This document shows, piece after piece, positions 35,526 through 44,145 of a stretch of DNA of 64,000 bases. Under the pieces are notes generated by a model. That model ran no database searches. It saw only the letters and a program-made list of their open reading frames with translations, and was not told the origin of the DNA. The DNA is from a virus (Duplodnaviria > Heunggongvirae > Uroviricota > Caudoviricetes). The stretch lies in IMG/VR virus record IMGVR_UViG_3300037418_001222; one strand, written 5' to 3'. The translations under genes were made by a program, and so were the position numbers. Position 1 is the stretch's first letter; each line of letters begins with the position of its first letter.

Positions 35526-35850
35526 TTGTGACGTTCACCTGTACCGAATTTTCTAGAAACACGGTATTATCACTTTTCGACGCATTTACAACTAGAACGT
35601 ATCCAGATCCTAGATGAGAAAGTTGAGATGTTTGTGTGCTATCCAGATCAATTTGAACCGTGTTTCCATTTGGTATTGCGGTGATAGGAAATGGAACCGG
35701 ACCACCCTTTACTTGATATGGAAGTGATACGCTTACAGTCCATGTTCCATCGTTTAAGTTTACATCGGTTCCATCATTTAGAAGATGAATAATAAGTGAC
35801 TTTGGATAGCCCTTAACGATTCTTATAGACGACATACTACTCCCCTTCAA
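35515..35850 (-). CDS. hypothetical structural protein (111 aa)
   Basis: ORF; 11-nt overlap with the collagen-like gene. Confidence 0.5.
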   Translation of the reverse strand: MKGSSMSSIRIVKGYPKSLIIHLLNDGTDVNLNDGTWTVSVSLPYQVKGGPVPFPITAIPNGNTVQIDLDSTQTSQLSHLGSGYVLVVNASKSDNTVFLENSVQVNVTNGL

Positions 35851-35889
35851 TTGTTCTATTTATTACATTTCGTTTCCGCTAATTTGCTA

Positions 35890-35918
35890 TTGACATTTTC
35901 CAGTAATAAGATTAGAGT
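35890..35918 (+). promoter_or_regulatory. sigma70-type promoter (TTGACA-N17-TAGAGT)
   Basis: gctaTTGACAttttccagtaataagatTAGAGTaatt. Confidence 0.55.
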
Positions 35919-35946
35919 AATTTCTAAACGCAAAAGGAGTGAAATT

Positions 35947-36204
35947 GTGGGTATTCATGCGTTGCCTCTAAAGAAGATTAGTAATGGTTTTGATACGACT
36001 GATATCTACATCAAGCGTATCAAAGAACACATTTCAAAAACGAAGCCAATGATGAAATCTGAAGTTGCTTCGTTTCTTAATCTTTCCGATGCGAGAACTG
36101 GAGAGATACTTCAACTGGCTCGAGAAGAGGGATCAATCATTAAGATCAGGAAGGGCCACCTCATCTACTGGGGAATTCCTGAAGAAGAATCAGTTAATCC
36201 TTGA
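35947..36204 (+). CDS. putative winged-helix DNA-binding protein (85 aa, GTG start)
   Basis: aaAGGAGtgaaattGTG; SEVASFLNLSDARTGEILQLAREEGSIIKIRKG looks like an HTH. Confidence 0.4.
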   Translation: MGIHALPLKKISNGFDTTDIYIKRIKEHISKTKPMMKSEVASFLNLSDARTGEILQLAREEGSIIKIRKGHLIYWGIPEEESVNP

Positions 36205-36229
36205 CATTTTCTGTAGAATATGATAGGAT
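36201..36229 (+). promoter_or_regulatory. sigma70-type promoter (TTGACA-N17-TAGGAT) for the DNA ligase gene
   Basis: ccTTGACAttttctgtagaatatgaTAGGATccaaaagATG. Confidence 0.5.
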
Positions 36230-36236
36230 CCAAAAG

Positions 36237-37406
36237 ATGGAAATATTAAAGACAATATATAAGCGGACATCTTCAGGAGCCATTCAGATCTGGTATGGAG
36301 AGCTCGATGGTGGGGGTCGATATCGGACTTCATCCGGTCAGCAACATGGAGCAATCACTACTTCGGAATGGACTCAGTGCGAGGCGAAGAATGTTGGTAG
36401 GTCCAATGCTACTACAGCTATAGAGCAGGCTAGAGCCGAACTCGAGGCTATGTATACCAAGCGCCTCGAAAGAGAATATCACGAGGACATCGCTGATATC
36501 GATAAGAAGCGCTTCGTGAAACCAATGCTAGCCGATAAGTGGAAGGATCGCAAACATAAGATTCCTACTGGATCAGTCATCTTCATTCAGCCGAAGCTCG
36601 ATGGAATGAGAGCGATCGCTCAGGCATCTTCACTCACCAAGTCTGGAGTAGCTTTCACTTCGAGAGACGGAAAGCTTATTCCGGGAGCTCAGCATCTCGA
36701 AGAGCATCTGGCTCCTCTATTTGAACGAAATCCAGATCTTCTCCTCGATGGAGAACTCTACAACCATGACTACAAAGATAAGTTTGAGCAACTCATTTCG
36801 GCTCTTAAACGTGAACCGAAAAATGAGGAGGAGAGGCAGCGCGCTCGATCGGTGGTTCAGTACCATGTCTATGATCTACCTAGTGAGTCAAGCTCGAACT
36901 TCGCCGTTCGGTTCGCTGCTCTCTCCGAACTCTTTGAAAATGAACCCGAGCTCAGACACGAGTTCCTGAGGGAAGTTCCAACATATTCAGTCATTTGGGG
37001 TGTGGAAGACGCCGCTGAAAAATTCGATAGTAAGATATCCGAATTTCTAGACGCTGGGTATGAAGGCGGAATAGCTCGACTCAATACACCTTATGAATTC
37101 AAGCGATCAAAGGGTCTCTTGAAGGTCAAGGACTTTATGGACGAAGAGTTTGAGATCGTCGATATAGTGGAAGGAAAAGGAAACTGGACTGGATACGCTA
37201 AGACGGTATTCATTAAGTTGCCCAATGGAGAGACTTCGAAAGCTACCGTGAAGGGCAATCAAGAATACTGCAAGAGACTACTCGAACAAAGAAACGATGC
37301 AATCGGAAAGATGGGAACTGTTACCTTTTTCAGATACACGAACTATGGTGTTCCCTATCTCCCGGTATTCAAGGGAGTTCGATGGGACGATGCTAGGAAT
37401 GGATGA
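36237..37406 (+). CDS. ATP-dependent DNA ligase
   Basis: Motif I IQPKLDGMRA (KxDGxR), motif III LLDGELY, motif IV YEGGIARL, motif V LLKVKDF. Start set at MEILKT downstream of the promoter. Confidence 0.85.
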   Translation: MEILKTIYKRTSSGAIQIWYGELDGGGRYRTSSGQQHGAITTSEWTQCEAKNVGRSNATTAIEQARAELEAMYTKRLEREYHEDIADIDKKRFVKPMLADKWKDRKHKIPTGSVIFIQPKLDGMRAIAQASSLTKSGVAFTSRDGKLIPGAQHLEEHLAPLFERNPDLLLDGELYNHDYKDKFEQLISALKREPKNEEERQRARSVVQYHVYDLPSESSSNFAVRFAALSELFENEPELRHEFLREVPTYSVIWGVEDAAEKFDSKISEFLDAGYEGGIARLNTPYEFKRSKGLLKVKDFMDEEFEIVDIVEGKGNWTGYAKTVFIKLPNGETSKATVKGNQEYCKRLLEQRNDAIGKMGTVTFFRYTNYGVPYLPVFKGVRWDDARNG

Positions 37407-38119
37407 TGAGAATCATTGGAGGTCATGACTACTACGATTCGGCTCAAGCATACGGCCACGATCCGAATATTGTTTTCGTGAGAGATACAACGACTCTTCC
37501 AAAGAAGACGTTTGATCGACCATACGCCGATATCTATTTTGTTGAACCTGAGAAAGTCAAGAATCACTCTTGGAAGGATAGACACAAATTTATTCAACTG
37601 AGAACTGGGAAGTGGACATTCGACCCGGTGTATATTATCTTTTGTGGTAAGAGATACATTGGATTAAAGTGTGAACATGAACCAGCCAGAATTTCAGAAA
37701 ATAAATTCTATGTGAAAGAACAGACCCAAGTGTTCTGGAAGAAATCTGAATTAGACGCATGGTCGCGGCTTGGGGACATGGTTCCTATCATCAAAGATGT
37801 AATAGGCTTGAGAGATCATAAGAATCATCTATTCTCTATAGAAGATGTTACCGGGCACGAATACTCATTCCTTATTAAGGAGAGGATTAGTATTGCAATC
37901 TATATGGATTTCACAGAGCAATGGGCAATTAATAGTATCGGACTGAAGGATCTTCAATTCTTTAGATTATTCTCTGCTACTGATGCGTTCCAAGAGCTTG
38001 ATATGTGGATGTCTGGAGCCCTTGGTCTTCCTGGAAATCCTATGGTTGAAGTTAGTGATAGAGACCGAATGTTCAAACACGGAATGGATAAATGGTCTTT
38101 CAGAAAGAAAGTTCGATAG
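37403..38119 (+). CDS. hypothetical protein (238 aa)
   Basis: ORF, ATGA overlap with the ligase stop. Confidence 0.5.
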   Translation: MMRIIGGHDYYDSAQAYGHDPNIVFVRDTTTLPKKTFDRPYADIYFVEPEKVKNHSWKDRHKFIQLRTGKWTFDPVYIIFCGKRYIGLKCEHEPARISENKFYVKEQTQVFWKKSELDAWSRLGDMVPIIKDVIGLRDHKNHLFSIEDVTGHEYSFLIKERISIAIYMDFTEQWAINSIGLKDLQFFRLFSATDAFQELDMWMSGALGLPGNPMVEVSDRDRMFKHGMDKWSFRKKVR

Positions 38120-38475
38120 TGTATATTTTTCTTGACGATATTCGGTTTCCTGGAGATGTTACTATTATCGAAGGATTCCCGCGCGTCCCGAATTCCCGAT
38201 GGTTTATTGTTAGAACAATTGAAGAGTTTAGACAAATCGTGCACGGATGTCTAGAAGATATCGAACACATCGCATTTGATCATGATCTAGGACTATCCCA
38301 CTACATGGGAGATATGTCCGACGAGAAGACCGGTTATGACTGTGCCAAGTATCTCGTAGAACAGTGTATAGAGCAGAACCTTCCACTTCCAAACTTCTCC
38401 TGTCATTCTATGAATCCTGCTGGAAGACAGAATATCCTATCTTACTTGGAGTGTTTTCGTAAGACACAAATGTAG
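38092..38475 (+). CDS. conserved phage protein with cyclic-phosphate-processing-receiver-like motifs (start may be GTG at 38119)
   Basis: IFLDDIRFP...ISFDHDLG-like AFDHDLGL...TGYDCAKYLVEQ...FSCHSMNPAG. Confidence 0.45.
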   Translation: MVFQKESSIVYIFLDDIRFPGDVTIIEGFPRVPNSRWFIVRTIEEFRQIVHGCLEDIEHIAFDHDLGLSHYMGDMSDEKTGYDCAKYLVEQCIEQNLPLPNFSCHSMNPAGRQNILSYLECFRKTQM

Positions 38476-38560
38476 TTTACTTTTGTTCAAGCATGTAATA
38501 TAAAAGTCCAGTTAGTATTATTGCTAACTAACAAAACCACTCCAGTAGGAATTGATATAA

Positions 38561-39445
38561 ATGCCTGAAGCTGAAGTTACACCTAAGACTTCTTTCAAGA
38601 ATCTCGTCGGGGATTTCTTGGAAGGAAAGAATGCAAGTCATGAAAAGTTCCATTCTCTAGAGAACACTCTCTTCAATGACAGGACTATTATCGCTCGTCG
38701 TTGTAATGATGGAACTATTATTCTCGCCGAGAATGGTGTTCTCCCAACAGAACTTAATGACCAACTAATTGGTCAGATGTTCGCAAAGTCTCAGAAGTAT
38801 AATCGAGTTGATGACTTCTGTTCTCTCACTGATCCAATGAAACGTGTTGCTGATCTGAAGAACGGTAATTTCGATCAATTTGAGACTATCGCAAATCTGT
38901 TTCAATTTCCTTTTGAAGCAAGGGATATCGCAGCAATTACTCGAGCGAAGGAGTTCACGGCTCGAGTATCTGACTTCTTCTCGAAACTTCAGAAGGAAGA
39001 ACAGGATCGAATTCGAACAGCAGAGGAAAAGGAGCGTGCCGAGCGCGTGGCTCGAGAAGCTATCTCCTGGGACACTGGAGTTGGATCTACATCAAATCCA
39101 CACGTGGAAGGAGCGGGAGGAGGTCAACGACTTCGTCTAAAGAAAAAGACGAAGAGTGATCGCTATGAAATGGTTGAAACTTCTACAGGTCACGCACTCA
39201 CTCTGAACCAAGCTAAGAAGACTTGGGATTTCGCTTCTAAGTTTTGGCATGGGGGTAAATTACTTTCAAGTTACGGAGCAAGTAGGACCATTTCTAGCAG
39301 TTCTGGCTATTATGGTAGATCCAGTTCCAGAAGTGCCGAAGTTCATCATGATCGAGTTCACTTTGGATGTCAGAGAGTTACTCGAAAGGAAGCAGAGCGT
39401 TTCGCTGATGCTATGGGCTGGGAAAGGGCCAAGAAGACTAAATGA
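38561..39445 (+). CDS. hypothetical protein (294 aa)
   Basis: ORF. Confidence 0.5.
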   Translation: MPEAEVTPKTSFKNLVGDFLEGKNASHEKFHSLENTLFNDRTIIARRCNDGTIILAENGVLPTELNDQLIGQMFAKSQKYNRVDDFCSLTDPMKRVADLKNGNFDQFETIANLFQFPFEARDIAAITRAKEFTARVSDFFSKLQKEEQDRIRTAEEKERAERVAREAISWDTGVGSTSNPHVEGAGGGQRLRLKKKTKSDRYEMVETSTGHALTLNQAKKTWDFASKFWHGGKLLSSYGASRTISSSSGYYGRSSSRSAEVHHDRVHFGCQRVTRKEAERFADAMGWERAKKTK

Positions 39446-39609
39446 ATATTATTGAACGAGCAAAAAAGATTCAGAAGATCATGATGAATACCGGTTTTGG
39501 ATTGGCAGCCGAACAGTTCATCGGTCGTGTCATGTCTGAATATTCGACACGTGAATTTGAGCGTATCGAGCGAGCGTGGCTTAATTATGTTAAGTATAGA
39601 CCCATTTAA
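39442..39609 (+). CDS. hypothetical small protein (55 aa; not in ORF track)
   Basis: ATGA overlap; hand-translated MNIIERAKKIQKIMMNTGFGLAAEQFIGRVMSEYSTREFERIERAWLNYVKYRPI. Confidence 0.3.
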   Translation: MNIIERAKKIQKIMMNTGFGLAAEQFIGRVMSEYSTREFERIERAWLNYVKYRPI

Positions 39610-39619
39610 GAATCCTCTA

Positions 39620-39627
39620 TATAAATA
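39620..39627 (+). promoter_or_regulatory. TATAAATA (T4-type late-promoter core) 4 nt upstream of the homing-endonuclease ATG
   Basis: ctcTATATAAATAgtggATGaag. Confidence 0.3.
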
Positions 39628-39631
39628 GTGG

Positions 39632-40375
39632 ATGAAGAATAAGCCATCATCAGGATTTGTCTATATCTGGTTTGATTTCAAATGTAAGCGCTATTACATT
39701 GGATCTCATTGGGGACATTCTGATGATGGCTATATTTGTAGTTCTAAATGGATGAAATCTGCTTATAGAAAACGACCTTATGATTTTAAGAGACGAATCT
39801 TAGCAATAAAATTTGATGAAACCTCTCTCCTTCAAGAAGAAGGAAAATGGTTATCGTTAATCAAGGATAATGAATTAGGAACTAGATATTATAATTTAAG
39901 TAATCATCAACCAAACCATTGGTGTACAGTTCCTAAGTCTAGACTTACAATACAAGAGAAACTTTCCAAATCTCAGATTGGCAAGAAACTTACAGAAGAA
40001 CATAAAGAGAATATTCGTATAGCTTTAAGGAAAAGTTATCAAAATAATCCTGAACCCTGGAAGGGTAGAATGCCAACAAAAAGTGCTAGAGAAAATTATT
40101 CTAAAGCCACTAAGAAAAAACACGAGGAAGGAAAATTTGGTATAAAGGGTCGTGTGTGGTATTATAATCCCATTTTACAGAAGAGAATCGTAATACAAAA
40201 AAGCGATACGCCTCCTGAAGGTTTTATTAAGGGGAGAGGAAAATTGGGTAGTTATTTCTATAATCCTCAGACAGGAGAAGAAGTGATCAAAGATAAGTGT
40301 CCAGATGGATTTATTAGTGGAAGAAATCCAGAATACATTCGCAAAATGCAAGACAACAGATGGAAGTTTACCTAA
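39632..40375 (+). CDS. GIY-YIG homing endonuclease (Seg/I-TevI-like, with NUMOD-like repeats)
   Basis: SSGFVYIWFDFKCKRYYIGSH is the GIY-(10)-YIG motif; downstream KLSKSQIGKKLTEEHKENIRIAL-type repeats. 3' end overlaps the gp25 3' end convergently. Confidence 0.7.
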   Translation: MKNKPSSGFVYIWFDFKCKRYYIGSHWGHSDDGYICSSKWMKSAYRKRPYDFKRRILAIKFDETSLLQEEGKWLSLIKDNELGTRYYNLSNHQPNHWCTVPKSRLTIQEKLSKSQIGKKLTEEHKENIRIALRKSYQNNPEPWKGRMPTKSARENYSKATKKKHEEGKFGIKGRVWYYNPILQKRIVIQKSDTPPEGFIKGRGKLGSYFYNPQTGEEVIKDKCPDGFISGRNPEYIRKMQDNRWKFT

Positions 40376-40790
40376 TTCTCGAAAGTATGGTTGAGAACTG
40401 GAGTGTCTGAGCCGGCGCATTCACCATTGAAAAAGTAACGTAGATCAAGTAAGCGTTCGACTCCTCTTGGGGTTGGACGCTTACTAGTAAGAGATTGACG
40501 CGTGGTTCATATTGAGTAATTGTTGTAGTTATCTCGGTCCTGATAAGATCAGTCGTGATATCATCAAAGGGTTCAAATAGAAGTTTCTTTAGACCACATC
40601 CAATATTAGAGCTAGTGATCCTCTCACCACGATTAGTAGTGATTAAGTTCTTCATGGCTCTAATTACTGCGCGCTCGTTAGTCACCTTGGCGATCTCTCC
40701 AGAGATAGGATTCAAGTCAAGGTTCATCAGAAAATCAGAATAGAGATCCTGCTGCTTCTGCTTTGGTGTATACTTGTCGGCTCTACTCAT
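40368..40790 (-). CDS. gp25: baseplate wedge subunit gp25 (gpW/lysozyme-like fold)
   Basis: DLYSDF...AVIRAMKNLITTNRGERITSSNIGCGLKKLLFEPFDDITTDLIRTEITTTITQYEPRVNLL parallels T4 gp25 as recalled from memory (LGLRSIKNSLLGIITTRKGSRPFDPEFGCDLSDQLFENMTPLTADTVERNIESAVRNYEPRI). Confidence 0.7.
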   Translation of the reverse strand: MSRADKYTPKQKQQDLYSDFLMNLDLNPISGEIAKVTNERAVIRAMKNLITTNRGERITSSNIGCGLKKLLFEPFDDITTDLIRTEITTTITQYEPRVNLLLVSVQPQEESNAYLIYVTFSMVNAPAQTLQFSTILSRIR

Positions 40791-40793
40791 CTG

Positions 40794-41393
40794 TTATCCT
40801 TGGACGATATTTACTGGTGATCCCTTAAGAGTGAGTGGTCCACCCTTAGAATTAATTCTAATCGTCTCACCCTCCATATCGATACTTCCTCCACTAACTA
40901 TCGATGTACTTCCATTAACCGATATCTCGGCATTCCCCTTGACCTCAGCGTTCATGTTTCCATTAACGGAAGTGTGCATAGATCCCTTCACCTTAGTGTA
41001 GGAGTCACCATTAACCATATTTATTGAATCACCAAGCGTAGCAATAGTAGAATCTCCCTTACAAACTGTATAGGAATCTCCATCTACTTCTTGATAGACG
41101 TCTCCTTTGACAACTAGTTTGTAATTACCGGCGACTAAGATATCCTCATTATTATCGATAGTAAGAGTGAGCCCACCCTTCACGTATTGAAAGTCATCCT
41201 TTACTACTAGAGTGACTCTTCTACCGTCCTCGGTAACCTCCCAGTATGTTCCTGCTTTATGAGCTTCTCTAAGTCTCTCATGCCCCGGTGTATCATCCAC
41301 GTGTTTTTCATGTCCAGACCTAGATACATGGGTCTGACAAAATGGGTATTTCGAAGAGAAAGTACTCTTAGGTAGTCTCGATGAGTCAGTCAT
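40794..41393 (-). CDS. gp5: gp5-like baseplate hub spike, C-terminal beta-helix module (separate ORF)
   Basis: Repeating V-x-G-x beta-helix octads (VKGDVYQEVDGDSYTVCKGDSTIATLGDSINMVNGDSYTKVKGSMHTSVNGNMNAEVKGNAEISVNG...). Confidence 0.55.
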   Translation of the reverse strand: MTDSSRLPKSTFSSKYPFCQTHVSRSGHEKHVDDTPGHERLREAHKAGTYWEVTEDGRRVTLVVKDDFQYVKGGLTLTIDNNEDILVAGNYKLVVKGDVYQEVDGDSYTVCKGDSTIATLGDSINMVNGDSYTKVKGSMHTSVNGNMNAEVKGNAEISVNGSTSIVSGGSIDMEGETIRINSKGGPLTLKGSPVNIVQG

Positions 41394-42283
41394 TATACTT
41401 TACTCGCTAGTGAGCTTAGAGTTGAATCTAAGCTAGTCATTATATTGTTCATCACAAATCTACTTCCATTAAGCTGAGTTATCACATCTTGGGTGGTATT
41501 GATTGGTAACTTAGACGTTCTTGTAGCAATGCTTCCAGCCAAAGAATTAATCGAATCCATGATCGTTGACGAGCTAGGTAAACTTCCAGAAAGACCTGGA
41601 ATTGTCCCAGAACTAGAGTCCACCGTATTAACAATAGTTCCTATATCTGTGCTAGATATAGGAAGCTGACTTGACACAGACGAAGTAGCTTGAGATACAA
41701 ATGATTGAATGGCGCTTCCTGCAATATTCAGACCATTTGCTTTAATAGAGTTCTTTAGATTATTGAAGTTAGTGATAGTATCTTTAGTGGCAGATATAGC
41801 ACCAATAATATCACCGGACTGTACTTCTTTCAGCATCTGTTCTATACCCTGACCAGTAAACTGAATAGTAGCAATCGTGGTATTAAAAGCGAACTTTAGA
41901 TTCTGAGTTCCAACAGAGATGACGCTGGTATTTAGAACCTCGTTAAAGTCTTCTCCTCTATCGATCTTAGGAAAGTCGTATACGCTATTTGCCACTCCTC
42001 CCAGTGTTCCATCGATTAGAGGAATTTGTTTAGCGGAGTCGGCAAAATACCCTACTACAGTCGATCCTTTCACGAGTCCGGTAGTAGGACCTGCAACTCC
42101 ATTATGGACAGGATTCGTAACAGGGAATACGCATCTAGCCCAAGGGAGATCGCTATCAGGAATTCGGACTGCGTCATCATGTAGTCCGAATATTCTGATC
42201 TTTAGTCGACTAGACTGTTCTGGATCAAAGACGTCAATTACTTCTCCTATAAACCTATCCATTGGCTGCCTCTTTGTATCCAC
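41393..42283 (-). CDS. gp5: gp5-like baseplate hub, N-terminal OB-fold module (no lysozyme domain)
   Basis: FIGEVIDVFDPEQSSRLKIRIFGLHDD...LPWARCVFPVTNP...GLVKGSTVVGYFADSAKQIPLIDGTL parallels the T4 gp5 N-terminus as recalled from memory (FVGVVEDVMDP...GRVRIRV.GIH...LPWA...P.VGS.V.GFF.DG). Alternative start at 42262. Confidence 0.6.
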   Translation of the reverse strand: MDTKRQPMDRFIGEVIDVFDPEQSSRLKIRIFGLHDDAVRIPDSDLPWARCVFPVTNPVHNGVAGPTTGLVKGSTVVGYFADSAKQIPLIDGTLGGVANSVYDFPKIDRGEDFNEVLNTSVISVGTQNLKFAFNTTIATIQFTGQGIEQMLKEVQSGDIIGAISATKDTITNFNNLKNSIKANGLNIAGSAIQSFVSQATSSVSSQLPISSTDIGTIVNTVDSSSGTIPGLSGSLPSSSTIMDSINSLAGSIATRTSKLPINTTQDVITQLNGSRFVMNNIMTSLDSTLSSLASKV

Positions 42284-43487
42284 CCTTTACAACTTCCATC
42301 GAACACGTATATCTAGGATTGTTTCCTTCTGACGAAATTTCATGACGTAAAAACGCGATAAGATATTTACCACTTAGAAGATGATGTTCTTCTGCTGGAC
42401 CACTAGACGTAGCATTTTCTAATACCTTAACCTCGATCATCTGTCCGGCGGTAAGCTCAGAATCCCCAAATACGTGAAGAAGTAATCCGCCCTGTGAGAA
42501 GAGAGTAGTAATATTGTTCTTTAAGCCCGAATTTTCAGAGATAAATGTGTCTGGATTACTAGAATCGTGAAACACATTTAGAAGTTTTCCTGATGATCTT
42601 CCATACTGTTTCAACTCATCTGAGTCTGGGTCCTTAAGTGTGCCATCCGCATTCTTGAAGTTAGATGGATCGAACTTAGTTGATTTTCGAGAATATTGAA
42701 GGGTCTTAAAGTCAAACTTACTTACATCCACTGATAGACCACCATCACCAATTCTACTTACGGTATTATACTGAGATGGTTGTTCATAGTTGATTAAATT
42801 TCTGAAGATCGGTAGAGTGATATCTGTTCTAATGGTCTCATCATTAGTGAACACTCTATCTCCGGTACCTCCAGACATGAGTTTTTCTATTGTTTTAAAG
42901 TGATAACCCGTTTGATTCTCAAAGAATACAAATGCAGATGATTTATCGTCAACAGAAATAGACCTCTTTCTTATCATTGATATAGCATTAAAAGGATTCT
43001 CATTTTGGATGATTATCTTTTGAATTCCTTTTGTCTGTTGAACATCTACCTGCTTCTTGGTTCCAAGATAATACGTAATAATATCAGAGACCATTGAAGA
43101 AATATTTGTATTATACGACTTCATGACGAGATTAGATTTATTTCGAAGAACTTCTGGTGATGTCGCTAAGAGCATAAAGATCTTGGATCTCATGTTCTCT
43201 GAAGGACCAGCATCTTTGATATCTGTAACAATTAAGTCGTACTTTAAGTCTTTTCTTCCTGGCGTACAGAACTGGATCAGGAGTCTCTGTCCTCCTAAGA
43301 TAGGAAGTTGTGAGGCGATGTTCTTAGTGTCCCAAACAGTTATCTCCACCATTATACCAGGAGTGAAGATAGATTCAAATATTGATATGTTCTTGACGTG
43401 TTCAAGAATATTCACTACACCCTTGTTAGTGAATAGAGATATTGTCTTGATCTGAATATCGCCTGGAACTTGTTGAACAGAAGTCAT
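42255..43487 (-). CDS. baseplate hub protein (gp27-like position), 410 aa
   Basis: Immediately upstream of gp5 and downstream of gp53, as the hub trimer gene is in T4-likes; no motif-level match shown. Confidence 0.4.
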   Translation of the reverse strand: MTSVQQVPGDIQIKTISLFTNKGVVNILEHVKNISIFESIFTPGIMVEITVWDTKNIASQLPILGGQRLLIQFCTPGRKDLKYDLIVTDIKDAGPSENMRSKIFMLLATSPEVLRNKSNLVMKSYNTNISSMVSDIITYYLGTKKQVDVQQTKGIQKIIIQNENPFNAISMIRKRSISVDDKSSAFVFFENQTGYHFKTIEKLMSGGTGDRVFTNDETIRTDITLPIFRNLINYEQPSQYNTVSRIGDGGLSVDVSKFDFKTLQYSRKSTKFDPSNFKNADGTLKDPDSDELKQYGRSSGKLLNVFHDSSNPDTFISENSGLKNNITTLFSQGGLLLHVFGDSELTAGQMIEVKVLENATSSGPAEEHHLLSGKYLIAFLRHEISSEGNNPRYTCSMEVVKGGYKEAANG

Positions 43488-43489
43488 TA

Positions 43490-44143
43490 TTACTCCGACA
43501 TCAAAGTCTTAAGATTATCTACCGCTGTCGTTAGTAATTTAGAATCGAGTAGTTGAATATAAGACTTCTTGATATTCTCTTCAGTTTCATGATCCCATGC
43601 CGTAACAGCATCCCAATAAGAAGATTCTTCTGAAGGAATCGAAAGAGTTATATTTCCATTTCCATCCTGAGCCACAGCTTGATAGTCTATTTGTTTTCTC
43701 ACATATGTAGCTGGTTTATTGAAAGAATCGTATACCGGTGTCCAATATTTTCTCTCATATGGTTGAAGAGTATCAAATTGTGATTGCGATAGAACTCTAT
43801 CATCAGCATACCAATTTACACGGTACGATATGATCTTATTCTGAGCCTCCTCTATTGATCCATAATTCTGAATGATATACTCGTTAAAAGTGTTTTCATC
43901 CATTGGCCAATCATAATATGGATCAATTATATTGTTTGAGAAGTATACTAACCATTCTAGGTTAGGATCTCCATAGTATCTTTCTGCTATCGTTCTAGCT
44001 CTCATTCCATCTTTGACCGTATATGGATAGAACGTATAAACGGTGCTGAAGATTGAATTAAGTATGGCTGTTCTCTCCATTATGTTAATGGCAGAGAGTG
44101 CTCCATATGTGATAGAAGGAAATGATTGAAAATATGCATCCAT
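43490..44143 (-). CDS. gp53: baseplate wedge subunit gp53
   Basis: RTIAERYYGDPNLEWLVYFSNNIIDPYYDWPMDEN parallels T4 gp53 as recalled from memory (ELANAIYGNPQLYWVLLMCNDNYDPYYGWITSQ). Confidence 0.6.
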   Translation of the reverse strand: MDAYFQSFPSITYGALSAINIMERTAILNSIFSTVYTFYPYTVKDGMRARTIAERYYGDPNLEWLVYFSNNIIDPYYDWPMDENTFNEYIIQNYGSIEEAQNKIISYRVNWYADDRVLSQSQFDTLQPYERKYWTPVYDSFNKPATYVRKQIDYQAVAQDGNGNITLSIPSEESSYWDAVTAWDHETEENIKKSYIQLLDSKLLTTAVDNLKTLMSE

Positions 44144-44145
44144 GG

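Noticed and set aside
39620-39627. Treating TATAAATA before the Seg-like gene as a definite late promoter
   Set aside because: Only 4 nt separate it from the ATG, so a transcript started about 6 nt downstream would be leaderless or start inside the codon. It is kept as a low-confidence feature.
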